The notes under the pieces are model-generated. The model made no database searches, was not told the DNA's origin, and saw only the letters and a list, made by a program, of their open reading frames with translations. DNA of 64,000 nucleotides from a virus (taxonomy: Duplodnaviria > Caudoviricetes): positions 1-64,000 of IMG/VR virus record IMGVR_UViG_3300042269_000666, one strand, 5' to 3'. The translations under genes and the position numbers were made by a program. This document shows, in pieces, positions 1-12,794 of the stretch (position 1 is its first letter; every line of letters begins with the position of its first letter).

Positions 1-2031
1 GGCGAAGGCACTGACACCTTGGCAAAAGGTCTGTATGATATCCTTTCGGCGTCTATCGACCCTGCCAAGGCGCTGGACGTGCTGGCGGTATCGGCCAAGG
101 CCGCAAAGGCTGGGCTTACCGATACCGGGATAGCGGCTGACGCGATCACCACCATCCTGAATTCTTATGGATTAAGTGCGGATTATGCCCAGAGTGTTTC
201 CGATTTGATGTTCCAGACAGTTCGAAAAGGTAAAACTACGTTTGCTGAATTGGCTCCTTCAATCGGTATGGTTGCGACCACTGCCGCCAGCGCCGGGGTA
301 CCCCTGGAGGAACTCGGCGCTGCGATTGCGACTATGACCCGGAACGGGGTCAAAACCGAGAACGCCGTTACCGCCTTGAACGCGATTATTTCAACCTTCC
401 TAAAACCGACGGATGAGGCGGCGGCCTATGCCAAAACCCTCGGCTTCGAAATGAGCTCGGCGGCGATCAAGTCCGAAGGTCTGGAAGGTATTTTCCGGAA
501 AATCAGCAAACTGCCGCCGGATGCGGTCAGCAAGCTTTTTCCGAACATCCGGGCGTTGCGCGGCGTGCTCCCGGCACTGCGGAATATGGAAGGTTTCGCA
601 TCTGATGTGGAAACCATGAAGAATCGTGCCGGTGCTACCGAGGAAGCGTATGCCAAAATGGCGAACACTCTCTCCATGTCTTTTGCCCGGCTCAAACAGG
701 CCGGAATGCTGGCTCTGTCGGTGATCGGCGAAGCCCTGGCGGATGATCTGCGCAAGGCGGCGGATGTGTTTATGCGGGTGATTACTTCGATTATCACGTT
801 CATCAAGCAGAATAAAAAACTGGTGGTAACGGCGGCAAAGGTCGTCGGGATTGTCGCGCTGATCGCGGGCGGACTGCTGACGCTGGGGGCGATTGCCGGA
901 ACTTTGTCGTTCGCCATCGGCGGATTACTGACAATCGTCTCAGCAGTTACCGGGACAATCAGTTTTTTCGCCGGCATTATTGGAGGCGTTATTTCGATAC
1001 TGACTTTCAGCATTTCCGTCTGGTGGCTGGTTGCGGCGGCGGTGGCCGCGGTAGGGGCGACGTTCCTCATCCAAAGCGGCGTCATCGGCAAGGTCATCGA
1101 CTGGTTCGGGGCGAAATTCGCGCAACTCAAACAGTTTGCCTGTACGGCGTTTGACGGTATCAAGGCGGCGCTCTCCTCCGGGGATTATGCGTTGGCGGCG
1201 CGGATACTCTGGCTGAGTCTGCAGGTCGCCTGGCAGAAAGGGATAAGTGTGCTTCTGGCTTACTGGATCAGCTTCAAACAGGCATTCATGACCGCGACGC
1301 TGGAAACTTTCTATGGGGCGCTGAGCATCATCACCGATTCATGGGCGAGTCTCAAATCCGCCTGGGTGAGTGTGGTCGGCTTCCTGAAAAAGTTCTGGAT
1401 CGGTTTTACCGGGGCGATCATGAAAGCCTGGAACAGCACCTTCGCCTGGCTCGCAAAAAAATGGCTTGACGTCAAGGGCATGTTTGACGACTCCATCGAT
1501 GTTGAGGCAGAGCAGAAAAAAATCGATGCGGAAGCGGCAAAGAAAAATGCCGGAGAAGACGCCGCCTATAACCAGATCGACAAGGATTCGCAAAAGCAGA
1601 AATCCCAAATCGAGCAGCGCCGGCAGATCGAACAGGACGCCATCGGGCAGCAGATGGCGGAAGATATGAGAGAGCATAACGCGCAGTATGCCGATGAACT
1701 GGTCAAATCCCGGCAGGCATTGACCGACGCCAGGAAAGAATGGCAGGCGGCGATTTCCGAGGCGAAAAGCAAGTCCACGGACACAAAAAAAGCGGACGGC
1801 GGTCCGGTGAAAAACGCGATGGACAAGCTGAAGAATGCCGGCGGCGCGGTTTCCGCTGCGCAGGCCAAAGTCCAGGTGCAGGGTTCGTTTTACGCTCAGG
1901 CTACCCGGTCATTATCGTCCGGCACCGCCGCTGAGCGTACCGCGACGGCGACCGAGGATATCAAAAAGAATACCCGCAAAACCAACCAGCTCCTGAAGGA
2001 AAATAGCTCCAGTGAACTGGCTTTTGAATAA
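1..2031 (+). CDS. Tail tape measure protein (TP901-like), 5' end probably outside window
   Basis: Frame open from base 1; AELAPSIGMVATTAASAGVPLEELGAAIATMTRNG tape-measure core, central hydrophobic stretch, helical C-terminus. Confidence 0.9.
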   Translation, partial: GEGTDTLAKGLYDILSASIDPAKALDVLAVSAKAAKAGLTDTGIAADAITTILNSYGLSADYAQSVSDLMFQTVRKGKTTFAELAPSIGMVATTAASAGVPLEELGAAIATMTRNGVKTENAVTALNAIISTFLKPTDEAAAYAKTLGFEMSSAAIKSEGLEGIFRKISKLPPDAVSKLFPNIRALRGVLPALRNMEGFASDVETMKNRAGATEEAYAKMANTLSMSFARLKQAGMLALSVIGEALADDLRKAADVFMRVITSIITFIKQNKKLVVTAAKVVGIVALIAGGLLTLGAIAGTLSFAIGGLLTIVSAVTGTISFFAGIIGGVISILTFSISVWWLVAAAVAAVGATFLIQSGVIGKVIDWFGAKFAQLKQFACTAFDGIKAALSSGDYALAARILWLSLQVAWQKGISVLLAYWISFKQAFMTATLETFYGALSIITDSWASLKSAWVSVVGFLKKFWIGFTGAIMKAWNSTFAWLAKKWLDVKGMFDDSIDVEAEQKKIDAEAAKKNAGEDAAYNQIDKDSQKQKSQIEQRRQIEQDAIGQQMAEDMREHNAQYADELVKSRQALTDARKEWQAAISEAKSKSTDTKKADGGPVKNAMDKLKNAGGAVSAAQAKVQVQGSFYAQATRSLSSGTAAERTATATEDIKKNTRKTNQLLKENSSSELAFE

Positions 2032-2040
2032 AGGTGAATT

Positions 2041-2865
2041 ATGGAAGCACGAATCGAACCGGCGTTTTTTGACCGGACCCAGGCTATCGACAATGACGGC
2101 AACTATACGACCGCCGAAATCCCGTATTTCGTTTTTGAAGTCGAAGACGAGGATGCGGCGATTGCGTTCGCGCTGGGCAATGTGCCGATCATGTACAACG
2201 GCATTCCCCTGGAATCCATCGAGATCGATGAACGGATCAGCTCGAATGTTTTTAAGGTCACGGCGCAGTACAAGGCCGGATTCGACGAAAATACCCTGTC
2301 CGGTAATGAGGAGCCTGACCCGGTTTATTCATTCGACACCGGCGGCGGCACTCAACATTTGACGCAGTCGCTGAAAACTGTCGCGAAATATCCGTCCACC
2401 GCGCCGGATTACAACGGGGCAATCGGTTATGACGGAGAAGACGTCAAGGGCGTCGACGTCACTATGCCGGTGATGAATTTTTCCGAAACCCATTATTTAA
2501 AGCCGAGCAAGGTAACGACCAGGTACAAGAAAAATCTCGGGGAACTGACCGGGAAAGTCAATGACGGTTCGTTCAAGGGCTATTCCGAAGGCGAGGTGCT
2601 GTTCCTGGGGGCGACCGGTTCGCGGCGCGGTGATTCCCGCAGCGACCTCTGGGAGGTCACCTACAAATTCGCGATGTCGGCCAACCGCAAAAATATCAAG
2701 GTCGGCGATCTGACCGTCACCGATAAAAAGGGCTGGGACTACTTGTGGGTGCGCTATGCCGATGACGTCAAGGACAAGAAAACCCTGGTCAAGAAACCGA
2801 TAGCCGCCTATGTCGAAAAAGTTTATGAGCGTAAGGATTTAGGCAAGTTGGGAATCGGGAGATAG
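2041..2865 (+). CDS. Tail protein (distal-tail-like position); homolog of 48313..49143
   Basis: Directly after tape measure; shares KGWDY.W and terminal GKLGIGR with the prophage 2 copy. Confidence 0.7.
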   Translation: MEARIEPAFFDRTQAIDNDGNYTTAEIPYFVFEVEDEDAAIAFALGNVPIMYNGIPLESIEIDERISSNVFKVTAQYKAGFDENTLSGNEEPDPVYSFDTGGGTQHLTQSLKTVAKYPSTAPDYNGAIGYDGEDVKGVDVTMPVMNFSETHYLKPSKVTTRYKKNLGELTGKVNDGSFKGYSEGEVLFLGATGSRRGDSRSDLWEVTYKFAMSANRKNIKVGDLTVTDKKGWDYLWVRYADDVKDKKTLVKKPIAAYVEKVYERKDLGKLGIGR

Positions 2866-2873
2866 GTAACATT

Positions 2874-3773
2874 ATGAATAAAGTTTCGACCGGCGAAAAA
2901 TTCAAGGTCAAGGCCAACACCTGGAACTCGTTTATCGACGCTGCGAACCATTATAAAAACACTCAAATGAGTGTGGGTTCCGAGGCGCTGCGCAGCAATG
3001 CAAAAAGCGGGATCGTTCTGGTCAGTAACGACAGCGGCGGACTGTTGGAGCAGTTTTCTCCGGTGGTACTGGGCGACCTGATAATCCAGCCGGACAATGA
3101 CGAAAAAGAGCAGGAATTCAAAAGCCGCGTCCCGGTGTTTTCCGGGAAAAAAGTCTCCGCCGACAATAAGGACAAGCCGTTCGCCATCCTGCAGGTTCCG
3201 TTGGAATCGGCAAAGCTCGGCAAGGCGCTGCTTCAGGGGATTACTCCGGTAAAGATCAATATCGGCAACGAGTCGCACAAGTACGCGAAACTCTCCGCCA
3301 CCGGGATGGTTTCAACCAGCATCGGCATCGGCAGAATCCTCTGGAAGGAATCAGGCACCGGCGAAAAATGGACGCTATTGCAGCTTGGCGGGGGCGGTTC
3401 CGGCGGCAACAACTACAGCGGCTTTTTCCGGCTGACCGCCGACGAGGATAATGAAAACTCCATCAAGGTGGTTGACGGCAGCGATACGCTGGACGGCGGC
3501 ATTTGCGGCATTTTTGTGTCGGGAATCGACAAGATAAGCGTTCCGGAAAAAACGTTCTCAATAAGCGGTGAATCCTACATCGTTTTCGAAGCGGATTACG
3601 CTGAAGAGGAGTGGACTACCGAGATAAAAGCACAAAGCTCGTTTCCGGAATTTACCGCCGATAAATTCACCGCGCTCCTTGGCGTGGTTAAATGGAATTC
3701 CGAGGAAAATGCCATGGGCGAGATCGTCCAGATCTGGAATAACGGCATCATCTACAACAACAGGTATTCTTGA
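2874..3773 (+). CDS. Tail protein; homolog of 49145..50011
   Basis: Shared GGNNY.GFFRL and terminal QIWNNGIIYNNRYS. Confidence 0.65.
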   Translation: MNKVSTGEKFKVKANTWNSFIDAANHYKNTQMSVGSEALRSNAKSGIVLVSNDSGGLLEQFSPVVLGDLIIQPDNDEKEQEFKSRVPVFSGKKVSADNKDKPFAILQVPLESAKLGKALLQGITPVKINIGNESHKYAKLSATGMVSTSIGIGRILWKESGTGEKWTLLQLGGGGSGGNNYSGFFRLTADEDNENSIKVVDGSDTLDGGICGIFVSGIDKISVPEKTFSISGESYIVFEADYAEEEWTTEIKAQSSFPEFTADKFTALLGVVKWNSEENAMGEIVQIWNNGIIYNNRYS

Positions 3774-3777
3774 GAAA

Positions 3778-3963
3778 TTAAGGAGTTTTAAAGATGGTAT
3801 ATTTTATATTTGCTTCATCTAGTTTATCAGTTAATTCTTCGATTGTTTTTTCAGAATAGTAGACATCCCCATCCATTTCGACAACAAAAAATCCATTGTC
3901 GTATTTTCTGATACTCGTTGTTGTTCCGTTTATTGTAGCTGTTCCAATTGGGTTGTGGCTCAT
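3778..3963 (-). CDS. Small 61-aa hypothetical protein, antisense to tail operon; homolog of 50008..50193
   Basis: GGAGG RBS before ATG at 3963; near-colinear match to the prophage 2 copy (ATING T.TSIRKYDNG, ELTDKLD). Confidence 0.8.
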   Translation of the reverse strand: MSHNPIGTATINGTTTSIRKYDNGFFVVEMDGDVYYSEKTIEELTDKLDEANIKYTIFKTP

Positions 3964-4049
3964 TTTGTCCTCCATGGATTAATACACTTCGTGAGATACC
4001 AAACTATATATGAAAATCTATAAAAATCAAGGAAAACACTGATTAATAA

Positions 4050-4929
4050 ATGATTAAGAAACCAACCAGATGGAGCGACTGGAGCAACCTGCCAATACTG
4101 GCAATGCCGTCGGTCAAGGGCTATGAAATGTACGAGGCAATCCGGGAAAGGATCGAATACCTGCTCCCGGAAATGGTAGCTGATGAAATGCCGTCAGCGT
4201 TGAGGCCGATGGTAGAGAAATTTAATCCGAACGAGGATTACAAGGTCATGGAACGCCGGATGCATAATGCGGTAACCGAGCTGATTCCATGGTTCCGCAA
4301 CTGGACGAAAGACGACGCCAGACTGTGGAACGAGGCCGACTTACTGGCGGCGCTGGAGGAGGATGAACGCCTGGAACCGAACCCGTATTTTCTTTCGGCA
4401 AAGTGGCTCAAGCAGATGTTCAGGATCGTCAATTACCTCCGTAAAAAAGAGGATATCATTTCGATCACCTGGATTGATGAAGCAGAGTCCGGCTACACTT
4501 CAGAGAACACCTATGACGAACACAAAGCGATGTTCGAGGAAGCCATCGGTTTTTATACGGCGGTTATCCAGCCCGGCGGCAGTAACTCGGGGCAGATTTT
4601 CGGAAGTTCCGGCAGGCCGTCGAATGTTTTGTACTATTCCTGCGAGCGCGATCCGTGCAGTTCCATGTCGCCGTTTGTCATGGCATTGAACGCGCTGAAA
4701 TCGCAGTATTCCGCGACGAAGTACACCATCGGACTATTCGTCGATACGTCAGGTTCCATGGGCATGAGCACTATCCAACCCGCCTACGATAATTTCGTCG
4801 CCTACATCAATGAATTTTACCCCACATCCCGGCTGGTTGAACGCTCCGCCGGCAATGAATCCTGGCTCATATGGACCAGGGAATACATCAATCAGTTGAG
4901 CTTTAATTTCGAATTCAAAGAGGAAAACA

Positions 4930-4937
<8 letters not shown>
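4050..4937 (+). CDS. Tail-associated protein with C-terminal VWA/MIDAS-like motif; homolog of 50280..51179
   Basis: GLFVDTSGSMG (DxSxS); very similar to the prophage 2 copy. Confidence 0.7.
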
Positions 4938-7940
<3,003 letters not shown>

Positions 7941-7941
<1 letters not shown>

Positions 7942-9230
7942 TGAATCCATTGAAATTGATAAACAAATACCGGACGCACCGTGAAAATGTGAACGTCCAG
8001 TTTATTACGGACAAATCCACTGCCGCTTTTACCGTCAAGGCTCCATCCGGTACAGTCCTCACGGTTGACTGGGGTGACGGCACTCCCGCGGAGGACTTTG
8101 CGATGACTGGAAATTCCGTTTCCGTATCGCACGATTACGGCACGGAAAAAGTCAGGGGCATCAAGTTCAGCGGAACCGCCAATGCCCAGATAACCTATCT
8201 TCAGTGCAGGAGTAATTTTAAAAATATAAATGTGGCCGAGTATACGGAACTGACCTATCTGGACTGCGGCTACAACCGACTGACCGCGCTGGATTTAAGT
8301 CAGAATGTTAACCTGGTAACTCTAAAATGTGTCAATAATTTTGAATTAGGCTCGCTCATTATCAGTGACAGCTGCAAAACCACGCTGGAACGGCTGGAAA
8401 TATCCAGCGCCCGCAAGTTGACGTCGCTTGACTTAAGTAATTTTACCGCTCTGACCTACCTGGACTGCTGGGGATCGTCATTGCTGGCAACGCTTAACGT
8501 CAGCGGCTGTACGGCCCTAGCAATCTTGAAATGTTTTTCCTGCAAGATATCCTCGCTGAATGTCACCGGCTGTACGGCGTTGACGGAGCTGCAATGTTAC
8601 TTCAATCAAATAGGTTCGCTTAATATCAGCACTTGCGCCGCGTTGACGGAACTCAATTGCTTTGATAATAATTTAAGCTCGCTGAATATATCCGGCAATC
8701 CGGCGTTAACGCAGCTTGATTACGGACGCAACAATATAAGTAATGTGGATATAAGCGCCCATACGGGATTGATCGAGCTCGGATTTGCGGAAACTCCGAT
8801 AGCGTCTATTGATTTGAGCGCCCATACGGCATTACTGCATTTGGCGTGCCGACAGTGTTATAATCTGACCTCAATCAATATCAGCGCGCAAACGCTTCTG
8901 CAATACTTTGACTGCTCGCTGTGTACAGGAATTACAAGTATTGACGTAAATCATAATCCGGAATTGAAAAGCCTGTGGTGCGACTCCATGGGCTTGTCCA
9001 GTCTCAACATAAGCAACAATTCCAAACTGGAGTTTCTGTGGTGCCAGGGCAATCACCTGAGTTCGGCGACGATTAACGCGCACCTGGCGAAACTGGTCGC
9101 GAGCAATGTGGACGCTTTCACTATGAGTTATTCCGCGGCAAGCCAGGACCCTCCGGCGCCGCCCACCGGACAGGGAATCACCGACAAAGCCACGCTGATC
9201 AGCAGGGGCTGGAGTGTTTCAACCGACTAA
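7941..9230 (+). CDS. Leucine-rich repeat protein with N-terminal PKD-like motif; putative receptor-binding protein
   Basis: About 13 repeats of type ALTELxCxxNxLxSLNIS; TVDWGDG motif. Confidence 0.8.
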
Positions 9231-9247
9231 GCACAAGTGCTTTTTTA
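9229..9247 (+). terminator. Possible intrinsic terminator after LRR gene
   Basis: AAGCAC-AA-GTGCTT followed by T-run. Confidence 0.45.
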
Positions 9248-9338
9248 TCTGTATTTACTTTTGGGTGTTTTTGGACTGAAATATAAAAATACTGACCTTA
9301 AATATCTCTGCAACATTACTTAATAAAGGAATTTTAAT

Positions 9339-11189
9339 ATGCAAATACTGGAAGTCAAAACCATCACCGAGTTTGAGACCGCCGAAGTTCCGGAGGGATC
9401 ATTGCTGGTTTTCCCGGAACGGCAGGTCGATGGCTCCTATCTCTGGCGCTGCAAAGACCCAGAAAACAATACCGGAACTATCGGTACCGGCGTGGAAAGC
9501 GTCAACGGCAAATCCGGGACTAATATTGTTCTGGACCATTCCGATGTCGGGGCCGTGGCCGAGGATTTGAACGCCGAGTACGGCCGCCCGGATACGCTGC
9601 TGTCCCAGATGATGTTCTTCATCCGCAACGGCGCGGTGAATCTCTACGCCACACTTGCCGACCTGAAGAATTTTCTGACCGGATATTTCGCCGATATCAC
9701 TCACAATCACACCACTTCTGAAATCACTGATTTCCAAACCGTCATCGAGTCCAAGCTGGATAAGGCGCTGCTGGTTCCGACTACGGCAGTGTATATCGAC
9801 GGCAACCGTACCGACAACTATACTGAAGACGGCTCGCTTGCTTATCCTTATAAAACCATCGCCGCCGCTTCCGCCGCGCACCAGGAACCGGTGTCATATT
9901 TTATCGCCAAGGGAACTTATGCAGAAACCGATGAAATCAATCTTTACGCGGACAGCGTGGTTTACGGGGCCTACTCGACTGTTTCAGGCGCGGCGATCAA
10001 TATCGGCGAAGGCTGCTATATCCATAACCTCATGTTTTTTAATACCGTGAATGTGGGCGTCAACGGCAACTCGCCGATGTTTCATTATTGCCGCTTCATG
10101 GGGGCGACGCTGAACCTGGACGGAGCGACGGATTTTGACGGGTGTTATATTTCAGGAGCCACAACGTTTAATATAACCATGACTGCGGCTTATCCGCTCC
10201 GGGCGTTCAATACCAGCTTCAATACGGTTATTTCCGCCGCCTGCTGTATGTATTTCAACGACTGCGCCTTTAACGTTGCCTCCGGTGGTTATGCGGTAAG
10301 CTCCACCGGGGGACTGCTCTCCATGGTAAGCTGCCTGGTGTACAACACTTCCACCGGCGGAGGGATTTCCTGCGATAACGGCGCTGACGGTATCACGACT
10401 TACAACTTCCTGTCAACGGTAGCCACTAACAAAGACATCGCCTGCGGCACGGCGGTATCGATCCTCGGCGGCGACGTCCAGTATGCCTCATTAACCGGGG
10501 TAGCGGTGCTGTTTCCGGCGAGAATGCAAACCGCCCTGGCGGCCAAAGCGGCCGTCGACCACAACCACGATGCTGTTTATGCTGCGATTGACCACAGCCA
10601 CAATGAATACGCCTTGACTGGGCATAACCATGATGGAGTCTATTCCGTAATCGGACACAGCCACGCCATTGATGAAATTACCGGTTTGCAAAATACCTTG
10701 GACTACAAGGCGGCAGTTGATCACAATCATGACAATGCCTATTCCGCAATCGGCCACTCTCACAGTGAATACGCGTTGACCGGACATAATCACAATGGAG
10801 TTTATTCCGCGGTCGACCACGGCCATGCCGTTTCGGATGTAACCGGACTGCAGACAGAGTTGGACGGCAAACAAACCAAGGCCGCCGCCTATAACCTGGG
10901 AACCGGGCTGACTGGGGCTATTTCGCTGAATATCGCCAATGGCGACACGCAATACGGCGCTCTTTCCGGCGCGGCAACGCTGGCTTACGGCGCAATCGGC
11001 AATCTGGAGGAAGGCCAGGGATTTATCCTGCAGCTCGACAACGCCGCCGGGCAGACTTTCGAGTTCGCCTCGGAAATATTCGGGAACATCCTGATTCTGG
11101 ATTCCGGCAATACCGGCATTTACAAAATAGCCTTTTCAAAAGTCAACGGCAAAATCTGTTACGATGGCAAAAGCGAGGTGTACTGCTGA
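9339..11189 (+). CDS. Tail fibre/spike: shared N-terminal module, beta-helix-like region, HxH repeats
   Basis: SVNGKSG.NIVL...DVGA fibre motif; DGSLAYPYKTIAAA; tandem 54-aa His-x-His repeats; ITGLQ..LD repeat. Confidence 0.75.
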   Translation: MQILEVKTITEFETAEVPEGSLLVFPERQVDGSYLWRCKDPENNTGTIGTGVESVNGKSGTNIVLDHSDVGAVAEDLNAEYGRPDTLLSQMMFFIRNGAVNLYATLADLKNFLTGYFADITHNHTTSEITDFQTVIESKLDKALLVPTTAVYIDGNRTDNYTEDGSLAYPYKTIAAASAAHQEPVSYFIAKGTYAETDEINLYADSVVYGAYSTVSGAAINIGEGCYIHNLMFFNTVNVGVNGNSPMFHYCRFMGATLNLDGATDFDGCYISGATTFNITMTAAYPLRAFNTSFNTVISAACCMYFNDCAFNVASGGYAVSSTGGLLSMVSCLVYNTSTGGGISCDNGADGITTYNFLSTVATNKDIACGTAVSILGGDVQYASLTGVAVLFPARMQTALAAKAAVDHNHDAVYAAIDHSHNEYALTGHNHDGVYSVIGHSHAIDEITGLQNTLDYKAAVDHNHDNAYSAIGHSHSEYALTGHNHNGVYSAVDHGHAVSDVTGLQTELDGKQTKAAAYNLGTGLTGAISLNIANGDTQYGALSGAATLAYGAIGNLEEGQGFILQLDNAAGQTFEFASEIFGNILILDSGNTGIYKIAFSKVNGKICYDGKSEVYC

Positions 11190-12277
11190 TGAATATTTAC
11201 AAATTGATGCGGCATGTCAATTCCGGACAGAGAAATGATTTTGCCGGTTTTACCATGATCCAGAACCGCAGTTACCCTGAAACAATCAACGCGGTCAACG
11301 GCGCGGTAAACGAGAATTTCGCGGCTTTCTTTCCGTGGAGTTATACCGGTTCCACTTCGACGCTTTCCATTTACCGGATCAACTGGCCGTTCCGGACGCT
11401 GGAGCATATTCAGGATTTATCTTTTCAAACTATCGGATACTGCACACCGCAGATTTCACTGTCTGGAAATATCCTCGCCGTCGGGCATCAGACAAATAAG
11501 AAAATCTATCTCTATGAATTCAGCGAGGCGGCCGGAGAGTTTGTTTCCACGGCGACGCTGGAAAACAGCAATGACGACGGCTTCGGTTCCGGCGCGATCC
11601 TCTACGGCAGCGAACTGGCGGTCGGCTGCACTTCCGGCAGTTCAAGTATTCGAGGAGCGTTCCGCATTTTCGAGCGGCAGGACGCGGCCACCTGGAATCA
11701 GGTTTACGCGAAAACCGAGGCGACCCATTTCAACTACGGTTACAAGATAAATTTTCATAACGGCATGGCCCTGTGCGGCCTTGATGTTTACGGGCAGACC
11801 TGCGACATCTTCATGAAGCAGAACGGCTCATGGAGCTTTATCGAACGCTCCGACTTTACCGCCGGGATCGGCGGCGGCAGCGGAGACACGCTGATCCGGC
11901 CGATGCGTTCGACCGAGGATTCGCCGATTACCGGCACTAATTATGTTATTCTGCAAGTTCAGAAACGGGTCGGTAACGCTTGGGAACTCAACCGGGAATT
12001 CCATCTTTACAAGGCATACGGCAATTATGCCGGGCTCTTTCCGCTGGTCAGGTTCGGCGGCGACGGCAGCATGGTCTACACCTCCAAAGGCGCCTACGCT
12101 TATTTTAATCTGGCCGACGGGGAATATCAGCTTGTCCAGGAGGCCGCTTATTCTGAAATTAACGTTCAAAATATCGGTGAAAGTCTGCTCGGCTATCATG
12201 CCGCGCCCGACGGCTCGCACGCCGCGATATTCATGGGACAGTACTCCATCGTCAAAAGCTATCTCTTCATAAAATAA
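11189..12277 (+). CDS. Hypothetical beta-rich (propeller-like) protein in fibre cluster
   Basis: Coupled to upstream gene by TGATG; repeats such as GFGSGAILYGSELAVG resembling FG-GAP blades. Confidence 0.5.
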   Translation: MNIYKLMRHVNSGQRNDFAGFTMIQNRSYPETINAVNGAVNENFAAFFPWSYTGSTSTLSIYRINWPFRTLEHIQDLSFQTIGYCTPQISLSGNILAVGHQTNKKIYLYEFSEAAGEFVSTATLENSNDDGFGSGAILYGSELAVGCTSGSSSIRGAFRIFERQDAATWNQVYAKTEATHFNYGYKINFHNGMALCGLDVYGQTCDIFMKQNGSWSFIERSDFTAGIGGGSGDTLIRPMRSTEDSPITGTNYVILQVQKRVGNAWELNREFHLYKAYGNYAGLFPLVRFGGDGSMVYTSKGAYAYFNLADGEYQLVQEAAYSEINVQNIGESLLGYHAAPDGSHAAIFMGQYSIVKSYLFIK

Positions 12278-12287
12278 GGAAAATGTA

Positions 12288-12794
12288 ATGCAGATTTTGA
12301 AAGTAAAAACCCAGGCTGATTTCGATGCGGCAGGGGTGAAAGAAGGAACGCTGCTGGTCTTTCCGGAACGGCAGCCCGATGGCTCCTATGTGTGGAAATA
12401 CAAGGATTCCGGCGGCAATACCGGGTCACTGGGAAGCGCATCGGCCGAAACTTCCGGCATTGTTTGTGCCACCGGAGCCGGGGTGACCGCCGGGATGCTG
12501 GTCTACCTTGCCGATGTTGCCGGAACCTTGACCTGCCTTCCAGCCGGTCTGTCGAGTCATGCCGCGGACGCCTGCGTCACCGCGCTTTCCGGCGGAAACG
12601 CGGTACTGACGCAAGGCGGCATTGTCACACTGGAAACCGGAATCGACGCGGACAGTGAACTCTTCCTCGGCGTCAACGGCAGTTTTACTGGCACAGCTCC
12701 AACCGTCTCCGGTGAAATCGTCCAGAAAGTCGGCCGGGTTATCGACGCCGCTACCGTATTACTCAACCTCCAGCCGGGGAGGATAATTATCTGA
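12288..12794 (+). CDS. Small virion protein: shared N-terminal module plus cement/DUF2190-like domain
   Basis: MQILKVKT...LLVFPERQPDGSY N-terminus; GAGVTAGMLVYL...TAPTVSG..VQKVG. Confidence 0.55.
   Translation: MQILKVKTQADFDAAGVKEGTLLVFPERQPDGSYVWKYKDSGGNTGSLGSASAETSGIVCATGAGVTAGMLVYLADVAGTLTCLPAGLSSHAADACVTALSGGNAVLTQGGIVTLETGIDADSELFLGVNGSFTGTAPTVSGEIVQKVGRVIDAATVLLNLQPGRIII

Noticed and set aside
426-1868. Long minus-strand ORFs inside the tape measure gene
   Set aside because: Antisense shadows typical of GC-rich Ala-rich coding DNA
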